DNA from: Eubacteriales bacterium
GTDB lineage: Bacteria > Bacillota > Clostridia > Oscillospirales > SIG627
DNA: 64,000 nt
Assembly: GCA_045590715.1 (NCBI GenBank)
Contig: JAZNRO010000124.1
Coordinates: 960 to 64,959, forward strand
Reading direction: 5' to 3'
The notes under the pieces were generated by a model. That model did not search any database and was not told where the DNA came from. It saw nothing but the letters and a program-made list of their open reading frames with translations. Position 1 is the stretch's first letter. Each line of letters starts with the position of its first letter. Position numbers and translations under genes: made by a program. Below, one piece after another: positions 19,543 to 27,251 of the stretch.

Positions 19543-19571
19543 ATTGTAACTTTTCCTTTGTTTTTTGTCAA
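19543..19571 (-). promoter_or_regulatory. Sigma-A-like promoter of the ABC operon
   Basis: Minus strand TTGACA, 17 nt spacer, TACAAT, about 30 nt upstream of the first ABC start. Confidence 0.55.
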
Positions 19572-19744
19572 TGAAAGGGTATGAAAAACCTTTGCTTTTT
19601 TAGAAAAAAACGGCCTCTTTTACAGCAAATGGAAGAGAAGTGAAATCTCTTGTCAAAAAAAGGAGAAAATGGCAAAAGCTTTTGGTTGCAAAACTTTTTC
19701 TTTTGCTTATACTGAAATAGATAACGAAAAGTGAGGCGAATGAT

Positions 19745-20239
19745 TTGAAACTATACCGTGAAGGGAAAAATGAGATCCGGATCCATTTAACCAGCGAAGA
19801 TCTGGAAAATTTTGAGATTACTTTAGATGATTTTGATTACGACAGCAAAAACGGCAAACGAGTCATTTGGGAACTCTTTGATAAGGCCCGGGAAGAAACG
19901 GGCTTTGACGCTAAGGGCGAAAAAGTATACATACAGCTTTATCCGAAAGCAAAAGGCGGCTGCGAACTTTTCGTAACAAAAATAGAGCCGGAGGAAGAGA
20001 TGGAGTGCTTTTCCTTTGCCGGTTTTGATCCCTTTTATGAGGCTCTTTCTTTTTTGGAGACTCCCACGGAGGATATGACCCTTTACCGCTTGAAAAACAG
20101 TAGCTTTTATTACGTCACCCTGCCCTGTTACAAGGTGCCGCCGGCCTTTTATGAATTCGGAGAAAAGATCTCCTGCCCTTCTCCGCTCTACTTAAAAGCC
20201 AGATGCAAAAAAATTGAAAATATGCCCCGATCTCACTAA
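19745..20239 (+). CDS. mecA: MecA-like adaptor protein (short form)
   Basis: TTG start with GAGG upstream. N-terminal pattern (IRIHLTSEDLENFEITLDDF, VIWELFDKAREETGF, YIQLYP..GGCELFVTKIE) parallels the B. subtilis MecA N-domain. Confidence 0.55.
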   Translation: MKLYREGKNEIRIHLTSEDLENFEITLDDFDYDSKNGKRVIWELFDKAREETGFDAKGEKVYIQLYPKAKGGCELFVTKIEPEEEMECFSFAGFDPFYEALSFLETPTEDMTLYRLKNSSFYYVTLPCYKVPPAFYEFGEKISCPSPLYLKARCKKIENMPRSH

Positions 20240-20259
20240 AAAAATATTTCTAAAAATTG

Positions 20260-20295
20260 TGATTGCCTAAAAAAATAGGCAATCATATTTTTTTA
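20260..20295 (+). terminator. Intrinsic terminator after the mecA-like gene
   Basis: TGATTGCCTA / TAGGCAATCA stem followed by a T-run. Confidence 0.65.
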
Positions 20296-20334
20296 ATTTT
20301 TATCAACAATAATGGTGTAAAGGAGGATTTTTAA

Positions 20335-21066
20335 ATGAAAAAAACAATATCCGTTTTATTGTCGATCATATTACTTTCGATCCCTTCCTTTGCAAACGCA
20401 AACAAAGAACAAAACTGGTATTTTTCTTCCAAAAACCGAAATGAACGGCCGGGTCTTCCAAGCCTTGATCAAAAGCTTGGTATCGGTATCGGAAAAGATG
20501 AAAAGGTTTTATACCTGACCTTTGATGCGGGCTATGAAAACGGCAACGTAGAAAAGATCGTTGATATCCTGAAGGAGAACGAAGTCAGCGGCGCTTTTTT
20601 TGTGTTAAAGCATTTTGTGGAGGATAATCCCGCTCTGTGCGAGAAAATCTGCGCCGGCGGTAATCTTATTTGCAATCACACCTTCAGCCACAGAAATATT
20701 GCAACGCTTTCAGAAGAAGAAATTAAAGAAGAGCTTTCTCAAATGGAAACGCTCTATGAAAACGTGACCGGGCGAAAAATGTCCCGGTTTTTCCGTCCCC
20801 CGGAAGGCGCTTATACGGAAGATGCACTGAAGACCGTTTCTGAAATGGGATACAAGACGATCTTCTGGAGTCTTGCCTGGGCAGACTGGGATAATAACGA
20901 CCAAAAAAGCCCGGAATACGCCATGTCAAAGCTTCTGCCACGGGTTCATCCCGGCGCGGTGATCCTTCTTCACCCAACTTCAAAAACCAACGCAATGATC
21001 CTGGGTGACTTTATCCAAAAAATGAAGGACGAGGGCTACCGTTTCGGCTCACTGGAGGAATTATGA
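20335..21066 (+). CDS. Polysaccharide deacetylase, PdaA-like (delta-lactam biosynthesis type)
   Basis: Signal peptide. NodB motifs LTFDAGYENG and HTFSH. GGAGG RBS. Confidence 0.78.
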   Translation: MKKTISVLLSIILLSIPSFANANKEQNWYFSSKNRNERPGLPSLDQKLGIGIGKDEKVLYLTFDAGYENGNVEKIVDILKENEVSGAFFVLKHFVEDNPALCEKICAGGNLICNHTFSHRNIATLSEEEIKEELSQMETLYENVTGRKMSRFFRPPEGAYTEDALKTVSEMGYKTIFWSLAWADWDNNDQKSPEYAMSKLLPRVHPGAVILLHPTSKTNAMILGDFIQKMKDEGYRFGSLEEL

Positions 21067-21758
21067 AAAGCAAAACCTTTGTAAAAAGCATTGTTTCTCT
21101 TATTTTGGCGCTGATGCTCACCCCTTTTATGGGAACTTCAGCCTCCGCACAGCTTTATCGCAAAAGTCATGCGGATAAAAAGCAGATCGCACTGACCTTT
21201 GACGACGGTCCCAGCAGACAAAATACCGAGGCCATTTTATCCATTCTCAAAGAATACAAAATCCGAGCAACCTTCTTTGTCATCGGAGAAAATGCAGCCA
21301 AAGATCCGGATAGGATCAAAATGATCTACGACGCGGGACACGAGATCGGCAATCACACCTATACCCACGCTTATATCTCTAAAATTCCAGAAGAAACCTT
21401 AAAAAAAGAAATTCAGAAAACGGAAGATCTTTTATTTGAGATCACTGGCGAAAAGCCCATCGTATTCCGCCCGCCCGGCGGCTATTATAACGATGCCTCT
21501 CTTCAGGTTTTGGAGGATATGGGGTATAAAACCATTCTTTGGTCCCTTGACACCAAGGACTGGAGTATGCCGAAATCAGATAAGATCGCTTCCAAAATCG
21601 AGGAAAATGCCACAAGCGGAGATATTATTCTCTTCCATGACCTGGAGGATCCCAGGCTTCCCACACCGGAAACCTTAAAGCGGATCATTCCAAAACTTTT
21701 GGAAGAAGGATATGAATTTATCACTGTATCGGAAATGATCGAAAATGAGGCAGATTAA
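21063..21758 (+). CDS. Polysaccharide/peptidoglycan deacetylase (NodB family)
   Basis: Signal peptide. NodB motifs LTFDDGP, HEIGNHTYTH and RPPGG. 4-nt overlap with the upstream gene. Confidence 0.85.
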   Translation: MKSKTFVKSIVSLILALMLTPFMGTSASAQLYRKSHADKKQIALTFDDGPSRQNTEAILSILKEYKIRATFFVIGENAAKDPDRIKMIYDAGHEIGNHTYTHAYISKIPEETLKKEIQKTEDLLFEITGEKPIVFRPPGGYYNDASLQVLEDMGYKTILWSLDTKDWSMPKSDKIASKIEENATSGDIILFHDLEDPRLPTPETLKRIIPKLLEEGYEFITVSEMIENEAD

Positions 21759-21776
21759 TCTGCCTCATTTCTTTAT
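21744..21776 (+). terminator. Intrinsic terminator (the stop codon sits in the loop)
   Basis: AATGAGGCAGAT-TAA-TCTGCCTCATT followed by TTCTTT. Confidence 0.6.
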
Positions 21777-21850
21777 GAAAACAATTGACGAAATCCCCTC
21801 TTTTCGGTATAATAATTTATATATATCGATTTGCAACAAAGGATGAATTT

Positions 21851-24022
21851 ATGGATTTCGAAAGACTTGCCATTGAAGAGATTGAGATCAGACAATTTAA
21901 AAAGATCCGCGATTTAAAAATCGAGCCGGGAAAGAGATGTAACCTCTTTTTGGGCTCTTCTCGCAGTGGCAAAACCAGTCTTTGTGAATTCATTCAGTTT
22001 GCCCTTTACGGCGCAGACTCCGTTTCTATGGCCCGTGGCGGCGTGGAAGATGCGGAAGGTAGTCTTACCCTTTCCGCAGACGGAAAGCTCTTTGTGGTGA
22101 AAAGAAGCGTCATCAGCGGGAAAGAATCCTTTTCCTTTTACGAAAAAGATTCCGAAGCCCCCGTTGAAACCCAGCTTACCCCCGGCGAGTACTTAACGGG
22201 CCTTGACCTTGACAGTTTTGACCTTATAAGCTATCACCGTCAGGCAAAATACGAAACGCCCATTTCCAGACCCAAATTTTCCGTTTTGAATCAGATCGCC
22301 TCTTCCTCGGAGGACACCCGTGATATCTACCGTGACCTTCTGATCTGTGGGGAAAAAAGAAGGGCTTTTTGCAACGAAGAGAAAAACGGCAGACTGGACG
22401 TTTTGATGCAGAAAGAAGAAGAACTTCAGGGTGAACTTGCCCGCTATCCGGAAATTCTTTCCGAAATTGAAGATCACCAGCTCCAGATCGGTCAGATCCG
22501 CGAGAAAATTGATGAAAACGACAGAAAATGCGTTCTTTTAAAGGCCCAGATCGCAGAATTTTCCGATGAGCTGAAACTGATCCAGAACAAGAAAAACGCG
22601 GAAGAACTGCATCGCAAAATCCTGGCCGGCGAAAAGAAACTTCGGATTTTAGCTTTTGATCTGAAAAATAAGATCGGAAAACTGACAAAGCACGAACTAA
22701 ATCAAATGAAGCAGGACTACAACAAATTAAGTCTTGCCGCCATCAAATTAAACGAAGCCCACATGGCCCTAACTTCCGCTAAAGATAACCTTGCTTATCA
22801 CGAGACCCTCTTTCAAGGCAGCAGCAGTCTGGACCATCTGACCGAGGTAAAAGAAACCTTAAAAAAGAAGAAGCTCGGTCGTCTTCTCATTTGCATTTTA
22901 GGAATCGTTCTGATCTCCTCCAGTGCCGTTTTAAGTCTTCTTTTAAGACAGGGCGGCTTTGATATGATCACCTATCTTGCCACCGGCGCATCGGTGCTTT
23001 TATGCGGTGTTGCATCTCTTTGCCTTTCCACCCTCTTTACCGGAAAGATCAAATATATTTTAGAAAAGCAGAACCTTCAGAGTGTTCAGGAATTTGACGA
23101 ACTGTATGAAAAAGTGGTGGCCCATAATAAGACCACCCAGGTTTATCGGGACGAACTGGAAAACTGCCGTGATAAAGTAGAAAAAAGAACCGAGGAAAAA
23201 GCCCAGGTCCATCAGCGCATTTCCGACAGGATCAAGGCTCTTGGCTACAAAGAGGAAGACGGTGAGATTCTTGCCATTTGCGACGATATCATTGAAGCCA
23301 ACGATATTTTCTACGATCTGGAAGTAGAGATCGATCTGGATAAGGCAGAGTATAAGAGAATGCTTTCCGAAGACGTAGAAGACGAAAACGCCAGTATCAG
23401 CGAAGAGTTTTTAAATCTTCAAAACAAATTAAATTTCCTTGTGGCGCAAAACGACGCCCTGTATAAAAAGAAAGCCACCCTTACCGGACTCATTCAGGAA
23501 GCAGAGGAAAAGACCTTGAGAACCCCCGAAATGATCCGGGAAGAGCTGGAAAAGAATAATACGGAACTGGTAAAAGTCAAATTTGAATTTGAAAGCGCCG
23601 ATCTTAATTCCACCCTGGCAAAGGCGAAAAAAGATAAATTCGAAAGTGATCTGAAGAAGGTACTGACAAAGAAGATCAATCAGAGAATGAAATTCCTTTT
23701 GGGCGAAGGGGAATCCTTCCTCTTTGACGAGGATTTTGAACTTTGCTTCTGCGATCAGAGCTCCGTTCTTCCCCTCATTGCCGCCGGCGGCGGTGTCATT
23801 TCCGAAATCGGTCTTTTGTCCTTCCGCCTGGCACTGGCAGAACTGATGAAGAAAACCGGTCTTCCTATGATCTTTGATGACTCTATGAGTGGACTGGGTC
23901 AGGAGGACTGCCGTGAATTTTACCGTTCTCTTCAGGAAACCTGCAGTCAGTTCTTCGTGGCAACCTCTATGACAGAGCATACCACTCTCTGCCAGGAAGA
24001 CGCTAAGGTTATTAAACTCTAA
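21851..24022 (+). CDS. SMC/SbcC-like AAA ATPase with central membrane hairpin (YhaN-like)
   Basis: Start at MDFERLAIEE. Walker A GSSRSGKTS, long coiled coils, two central TM helices (LLICILGIVLISSSAVLSLLL; LATGASVLLCGVASLCLSTLF), C-terminal Walker B MIFDDS. Confidence 0.6.
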   Translation: MDFERLAIEEIEIRQFKKIRDLKIEPGKRCNLFLGSSRSGKTSLCEFIQFALYGADSVSMARGGVEDAEGSLTLSADGKLFVVKRSVISGKESFSFYEKDSEAPVETQLTPGEYLTGLDLDSFDLISYHRQAKYETPISRPKFSVLNQIASSSEDTRDIYRDLLICGEKRRAFCNEEKNGRLDVLMQKEEELQGELARYPEILSEIEDHQLQIGQIREKIDENDRKCVLLKAQIAEFSDELKLIQNKKNAEELHRKILAGEKKLRILAFDLKNKIGKLTKHELNQMKQDYNKLSLAAIKLNEAHMALTSAKDNLAYHETLFQGSSSLDHLTEVKETLKKKKLGRLLICILGIVLISSSAVLSLLLRQGGFDMITYLATGASVLLCGVASLCLSTLFTGKIKYILEKQNLQSVQEFDELYEKVVAHNKTTQVYRDELENCRDKVEKRTEEKAQVHQRISDRIKALGYKEEDGEILAICDDIIEANDIFYDLEVEIDLDKAEYKRMLSEDVEDENASISEEFLNLQNKLNFLVAQNDALYKKKATLTGLIQEAEEKTLRTPEMIREELEKNNTELVKVKFEFESADLNSTLAKAKKDKFESDLKKVLTKKINQRMKFLLGEGESFLFDEDFELCFCDQSSVLPLIAAGGGVISEIGLLSFRLALAELMKKTGLPMIFDDSMSGLGQEDCREFYRSLQETCSQFFVATSMTEHTTLCQEDAKVIKL

Positions 24023-26037
24023 TGGAATTCACGTTAAAAACGCCCGTATCCTTCCTGAAGGGCGTAGGAAAAAAACGATATGACGCGCTGAAAAAAAGCG
24101 GGATCGAGACCCTTTCTGACCTTGCCTTTCTCTTTCCCTCTTCCTACCGCAGCGGAAAAGTATTTCAAGTAGCCCCCGAACGCGTGGGGCTCTTTTCCTA
24201 TTTTCATTTAACCGTAGATACTGCCCCTTTTATCGCAAATATCAAAGGACGGGGGCCGGTGCTTCGTTACGTAGCGTCTGACGAAGAAGGAAACAGAGTG
24301 CAAGTACTGCATTTTCATCAGCCGTACTTAAAAAACAAGATCCTGAAAGGCGAGAGTCTGTATTTTGGCGGAATCCTCCAGGAGCGAAAAGGAGTCTACT
24401 ATCTTTTCTCCCCTTCTATGGATAAAAAAATGCCGGATCAGACCGCGCTACTGCCCATCTATCCCAAAACCGCCGGACTTTCCTCCGGTCAGATCAAGGA
24501 ACTGATCTCCCAGTTTTTGATCTCCCTTTTACCCCAGATCAAAGAGACCCTACCGGAAAAGGTGCTTCGGTTTATGGACCTTTGTCCCCTTTCCCGAGCC
24601 ATTTATTATCTTCACAACCCCATTGACGAAGAAAAAGTAGAAGAAGCAAAGAAGCGACTTGCTTTTGAAGAACTTTTCCGCTTCAGTGTAAAATCTACTC
24701 TCTTCTCCCGGGAAAATGAGAAGATCACCGTTTCTCCCTATGAAAATTCGGATCTTACTCCCTTTCTTTCCCAGCTCCCCTTCTCAATGACAGGGGCGCA
24801 AAAAAGAGTGGTGGAAGAGATACGAAGCGACCTTTGCGGAGATGTTCCCGTAAACCCTATGGATCGACTTCTGCAGGGCGACGTTGGCAGCGGAAAAACA
24901 GCCGTTGCCGCCGCCGCAGCATACCTTGCCGCCATCAACTCAAAAAGCACCCTGGTCATGGCGCCCACGGAAATTTTAGCCGCCCAGCATTACAGAGCGT
25001 TTTCCGCCTTTCTCAGCCCCTTTCCCTACAAGGTATATCTGATTACCGGTTCCACCGGCAAAAAGGAAAGAGAGCGAATTTATGGCGAAATAGAGGGGGG
25101 TGCGCCCTATATTCTCATTGGCACCCACGCTCTCATTGAAGAAAAGACGAGAATTTCCGGTGTTGGCCTTGCCATTACCGATGAACAGCACCGATTTGGC
25201 GTGCGCCACCGCACCAGACTCAGTGCAAAAGGCGGCGCAGTTCATTCTCTTGTCATGAGCGCAACCCCTATCCCCAGAAGCCTTGCTATGTTTCTCCACG
25301 CGAGAAGCCGCATTTCCGTTATTGACGAGCTTCCCCCCGGTAGAAAGGAGATCTCCACCTTCTACATCGGCGAAGACAAAATAGAAAGACTTATGCGCTT
25401 TTTAGACGAAAAGATAAAGGAAGGCGGTCAGGCCTATATCGTATGCCCCTTGATCGAGGATAGTGAAGACGTAAATCCTCTCATCTCCGCCACAGAAGAA
25501 CTGGAAGAGATCCGAAAGGCCCTGCCCCATATTGAAAGCGCCCTTCTCCACGGCAAAATGAAGCCGGAGGAAAAGCGTCTAGTTATGGAAGATTTTAAAC
25601 AGGGTAAAACAAAAATCCTGGTTTCTACTACCGTTATTGAGGTAGGCGTAGACGTACCGAAGGCTACGGTAATGGTAGTACGCTGTGCAGAACGGTTTGG
25701 TCTGTCCCAGCTTCACCAATTGCGCGGTAGAGTAGGCCGAGGCAGTGACCAGTCTTATTGCATCCTGGTTTCTTCCCACTCCGGCAAAAGCGCCAGAGAA
25801 CGACTGAAAAAAATGTGCGACTGCCACGACGGCTTTGAACTTGCCCGTTTCGACCTGGAAACCAGAGGTCCGGGTGAATTTTTCGGTACCCGGCAATCCG
25901 GTTTCGGCTCTTCTTCTCTCATCGGTTCCTTCAGTATGGAAATGATCCAAAAGGCGGGAGAAGCCGCGAGAATGTTTTTAGAAGAAGCAAGTCCGGAGGA
26001 GATCGCCGTTTATCAAGAAAATTTCAGACTCAATTAA
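24022..26037 (+). CDS. recG: ATP-dependent DNA helicase RecG
   Basis: 671 aa. Wedge domain plus SF2 helicase motifs (GDVGSGKT, DEQHRFG, QLHQLRGRVGRG). 1-nt overlap with the upstream ATPase gene. Confidence 0.93.
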   Translation: MEFTLKTPVSFLKGVGKKRYDALKKSGIETLSDLAFLFPSSYRSGKVFQVAPERVGLFSYFHLTVDTAPFIANIKGRGPVLRYVASDEEGNRVQVLHFHQPYLKNKILKGESLYFGGILQERKGVYYLFSPSMDKKMPDQTALLPIYPKTAGLSSGQIKELISQFLISLLPQIKETLPEKVLRFMDLCPLSRAIYYLHNPIDEEKVEEAKKRLAFEELFRFSVKSTLFSRENEKITVSPYENSDLTPFLSQLPFSMTGAQKRVVEEIRSDLCGDVPVNPMDRLLQGDVGSGKTAVAAAAAYLAAINSKSTLVMAPTEILAAQHYRAFSAFLSPFPYKVYLITGSTGKKERERIYGEIEGGAPYILIGTHALIEEKTRISGVGLAITDEQHRFGVRHRTRLSAKGGAVHSLVMSATPIPRSLAMFLHARSRISVIDELPPGRKEISTFYIGEDKIERLMRFLDEKIKEGGQAYIVCPLIEDSEDVNPLISATEELEEIRKALPHIESALLHGKMKPEEKRLVMEDFKQGKTKILVSTTVIEVGVDVPKATVMVVRCAERFGLSQLHQLRGRVGRGSDQSYCILVSSHSGKSARERLKKMCDCHDGFELARFDLETRGPGEFFGTRQSGFGSSSLIGSFSMEMIQKAGEAARMFLEEASPEEIAVYQENFRLN

Positions 26038-26070
26038 AAAAAGCAGGAAGAAACCTTCCTGCTTTTTCTT
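26036..26070 (+). terminator. recG intrinsic terminator
   Basis: AGCAGGAAG-AAAC-CTTCCTGCT followed by TTTTT. Confidence 0.7.
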
Positions 26071-26108
26071 ATTTAAAGAAAAGAATATTCGTATATGGCT
26101 CTGTAAAA

Positions 26109-26231
26109 ATGAAATCAGCTGACGCTGATGAAATCTTCGATTTTGCCTCAGATGAAATTAAGTCCACCCATCTTCCGTCAAGGCGGATTTCATCCAACAG
26201 AGTTGGATTTCATCGTCGGAGACGATTTCAC
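26109..26231. repeat. Nested inverted-repeat element (3 x GATGAAAT then 3 x ATTTCATC)
   Basis: Forward copies at 26109, 26127 and 26151. Reverse copies at 26186, 26206 and 26224. They pair outermost to outermost. Confidence 0.6.
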
Positions 26232-26255
26232 CCACCCGCAAGGGTGGATTTAGTT

Positions 26256-26289
26256 GAAAAACCGACAAGTCGAAACTTGTCGGTTTTTC
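26256..26289. terminator. Bidirectional terminator abutting the tRNA 3' end
   Basis: AAAA-ACCGACAAGT-CGAA-ACTTGTCGGT-TTTTT. Confidence 0.75.
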
Positions 26290-26366
26290 TGGCAGGGATG
26301 GCGAGATTCGAACTCACGAATGCAGGAGACAAAGTCCTGTGCCTTAACCGGCTTGGCGACATCCCT
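26290..26366 (-). tRNA. tRNA-Gln(UUG)-like, with U at position 37
   Basis: Manual cloverleaf: acceptor AGGGATG/CATCCCT, anticodon arm CAGGA-CTTTGTC-TCCTG, T arm GTGAG-TTCGAAT-CTCGC, encoded CCA. 77 nt. Confidence 0.75.
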
Positions 26367-26378
26367 AAAAGCCTTATT

Positions 26379-26407
26379 ATTATATAGGATAAGCCCCGTT
26401 TTGTCAA
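26379..26407 (-). promoter_or_regulatory. Sigma-A-like promoter of the tRNA gene
   Basis: Minus strand TTGACA, 17 nt spacer, TATAAT. The -10 box ends 12 nt before the mature tRNA 5' end. Confidence 0.6.
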
Positions 26408-26449
26408 CCGATTCAAAGAATTTCCCCTCATATAACAATATGAATTATC

Positions 26450-26478
26450 TTGACAAATTTTGCCCTTTATGATATAGT
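26450..26478 (+). promoter_or_regulatory. Sigma-A-like promoter of the riboswitch-mntP unit
   Basis: TTGACA (26450-26455), 17 nt spacer, TATAGT (26473-26478). Confidence 0.6.
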
Positions 26479-26482
26479 AAAA

Positions 26483-26607
26483 CCTACTTGAGGGAGTAGC
26501 AGGCGGCAAAGCCGTAACAAGTCAACACACTGGTATTTTTACCTGGCTTGGTTTTAAATTGCAAGACTCATGTATAGGATAGCTATACATGGAGTCTTGA
26601 TTTTTTT
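26483..26607 (+). promoter_or_regulatory. yybP-ykoY (Mn2+) riboswitch with terminator expression platform
   Basis: Conserved GAGGGAGUAGC, CCUGGCUUGGUU and GCAAGAC segments. The last overlaps the 5' arm of terminator CAAGACTCATGTATA/TATACATGGAGTCTTG plus T7. mntP lies downstream. Confidence 0.8.
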
Positions 26608-26629
26608 GCCCTCAAAAATAAGGAGAATT

Positions 26630-27217
26630 ATGAAAAATCTGATCTTTTTAAATCTCTGTACCGGCACCGGCCTTGCCATGGATGCCTTTTCCGTATCTCT
26701 GGCAGACGGCCTGAGCGAACCCCAAATGAAAACAAGAAAGGCCGTAAAGATCGCACTGATCTTTGCGCTTTTTCAGGGTATTATGCCACTTACCGGCTGG
26801 TTCTGTGTCCATAACCTACTTGAATACTTTAACGCCTTCCGACCCTTTATTCCCTGGATCGCACTGATTCTTTTATGCTACATCGGCTCAAAGATGCTTT
26901 GGGAAGGCCTTCATCCTTGTAAAGAAGGGGACGAGGTGTGCCTTATAAAAAAGAAGATCGGCCTTTCTACCCTCTTGGTACAAGGTGTGGCAACCTCCAT
27001 TGACGCGCTTTCCGTTGGCTTTACCATTTCCGAATATAACCTGGTTGAGGCGCTGATCGCCGCAGGAATTATTGCCCTTACTACCTTCGCAATCTGCTTT
27101 CTGGGCGTTCTGATCGGCAACAAATTCGGCACCAAGCTTTCCGGAAAAGCCTCGATCTTGGGCGGTGTGATCCTGATCTTCATTGGTCTTGAAATTTTTA
27201 TTACTTCCCTCTTTTAA
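26630..27217 (+). CDS. mntP: Manganese efflux pump MntP
   Basis: ATG at 26630 with AAGGAG upstream. MntP/DUF204 repeats (AMDAFSVSLADG; SIDALSVGF) and about six TM helices. Confidence 0.88.
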   Translation: MKNLIFLNLCTGTGLAMDAFSVSLADGLSEPQMKTRKAVKIALIFALFQGIMPLTGWFCVHNLLEYFNAFRPFIPWIALILLCYIGSKMLWEGLHPCKEGDEVCLIKKKIGLSTLLVQGVATSIDALSVGFTISEYNLVEALIAAGIIALTTFAICFLGVLIGNKFGTKLSGKASILGGVILIFIGLEIFITSLF

Positions 27218-27220
27218 ATT

Positions 27221-27251
27221 AAAAAACTCCTCATAAGAGGAGTTTTTCTTT
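27221..27251. terminator. Bidirectional intrinsic terminator
   Basis: AAAAA-ACTCCTC-ATAA-GAGGAGT-TTTTT between convergent genes. Confidence 0.7.

Noticed and set aside
19669-19734. 21-aa upstream ORF (MAKAFGCKTFSFAYTEIDNEK) whose stop overlaps the RBS of the mecA-like gene; a possible leader peptide.
   Set aside because: The GGAG-to-ATG spacing is only 3-4 nt. A candidate promoter for the mecA-like gene lies inside it. There is no way to test conservation here, so it is too speculative to call.
26256-26366. The tRNA gene as an integration site for a genomic island or prophage.
   Set aside because: There is no duplicated tRNA 3' end in the window and no integrase or phage genes nearby. The flanking genes (recG, mntP) are core genes.
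26109-26387. 92-aa ORF spanning the repeat element and the tRNA.
   Set aside because: It reads straight through a terminator and the antisense of a tRNA gene, and it has no RBS. The region is better explained as non-coding.
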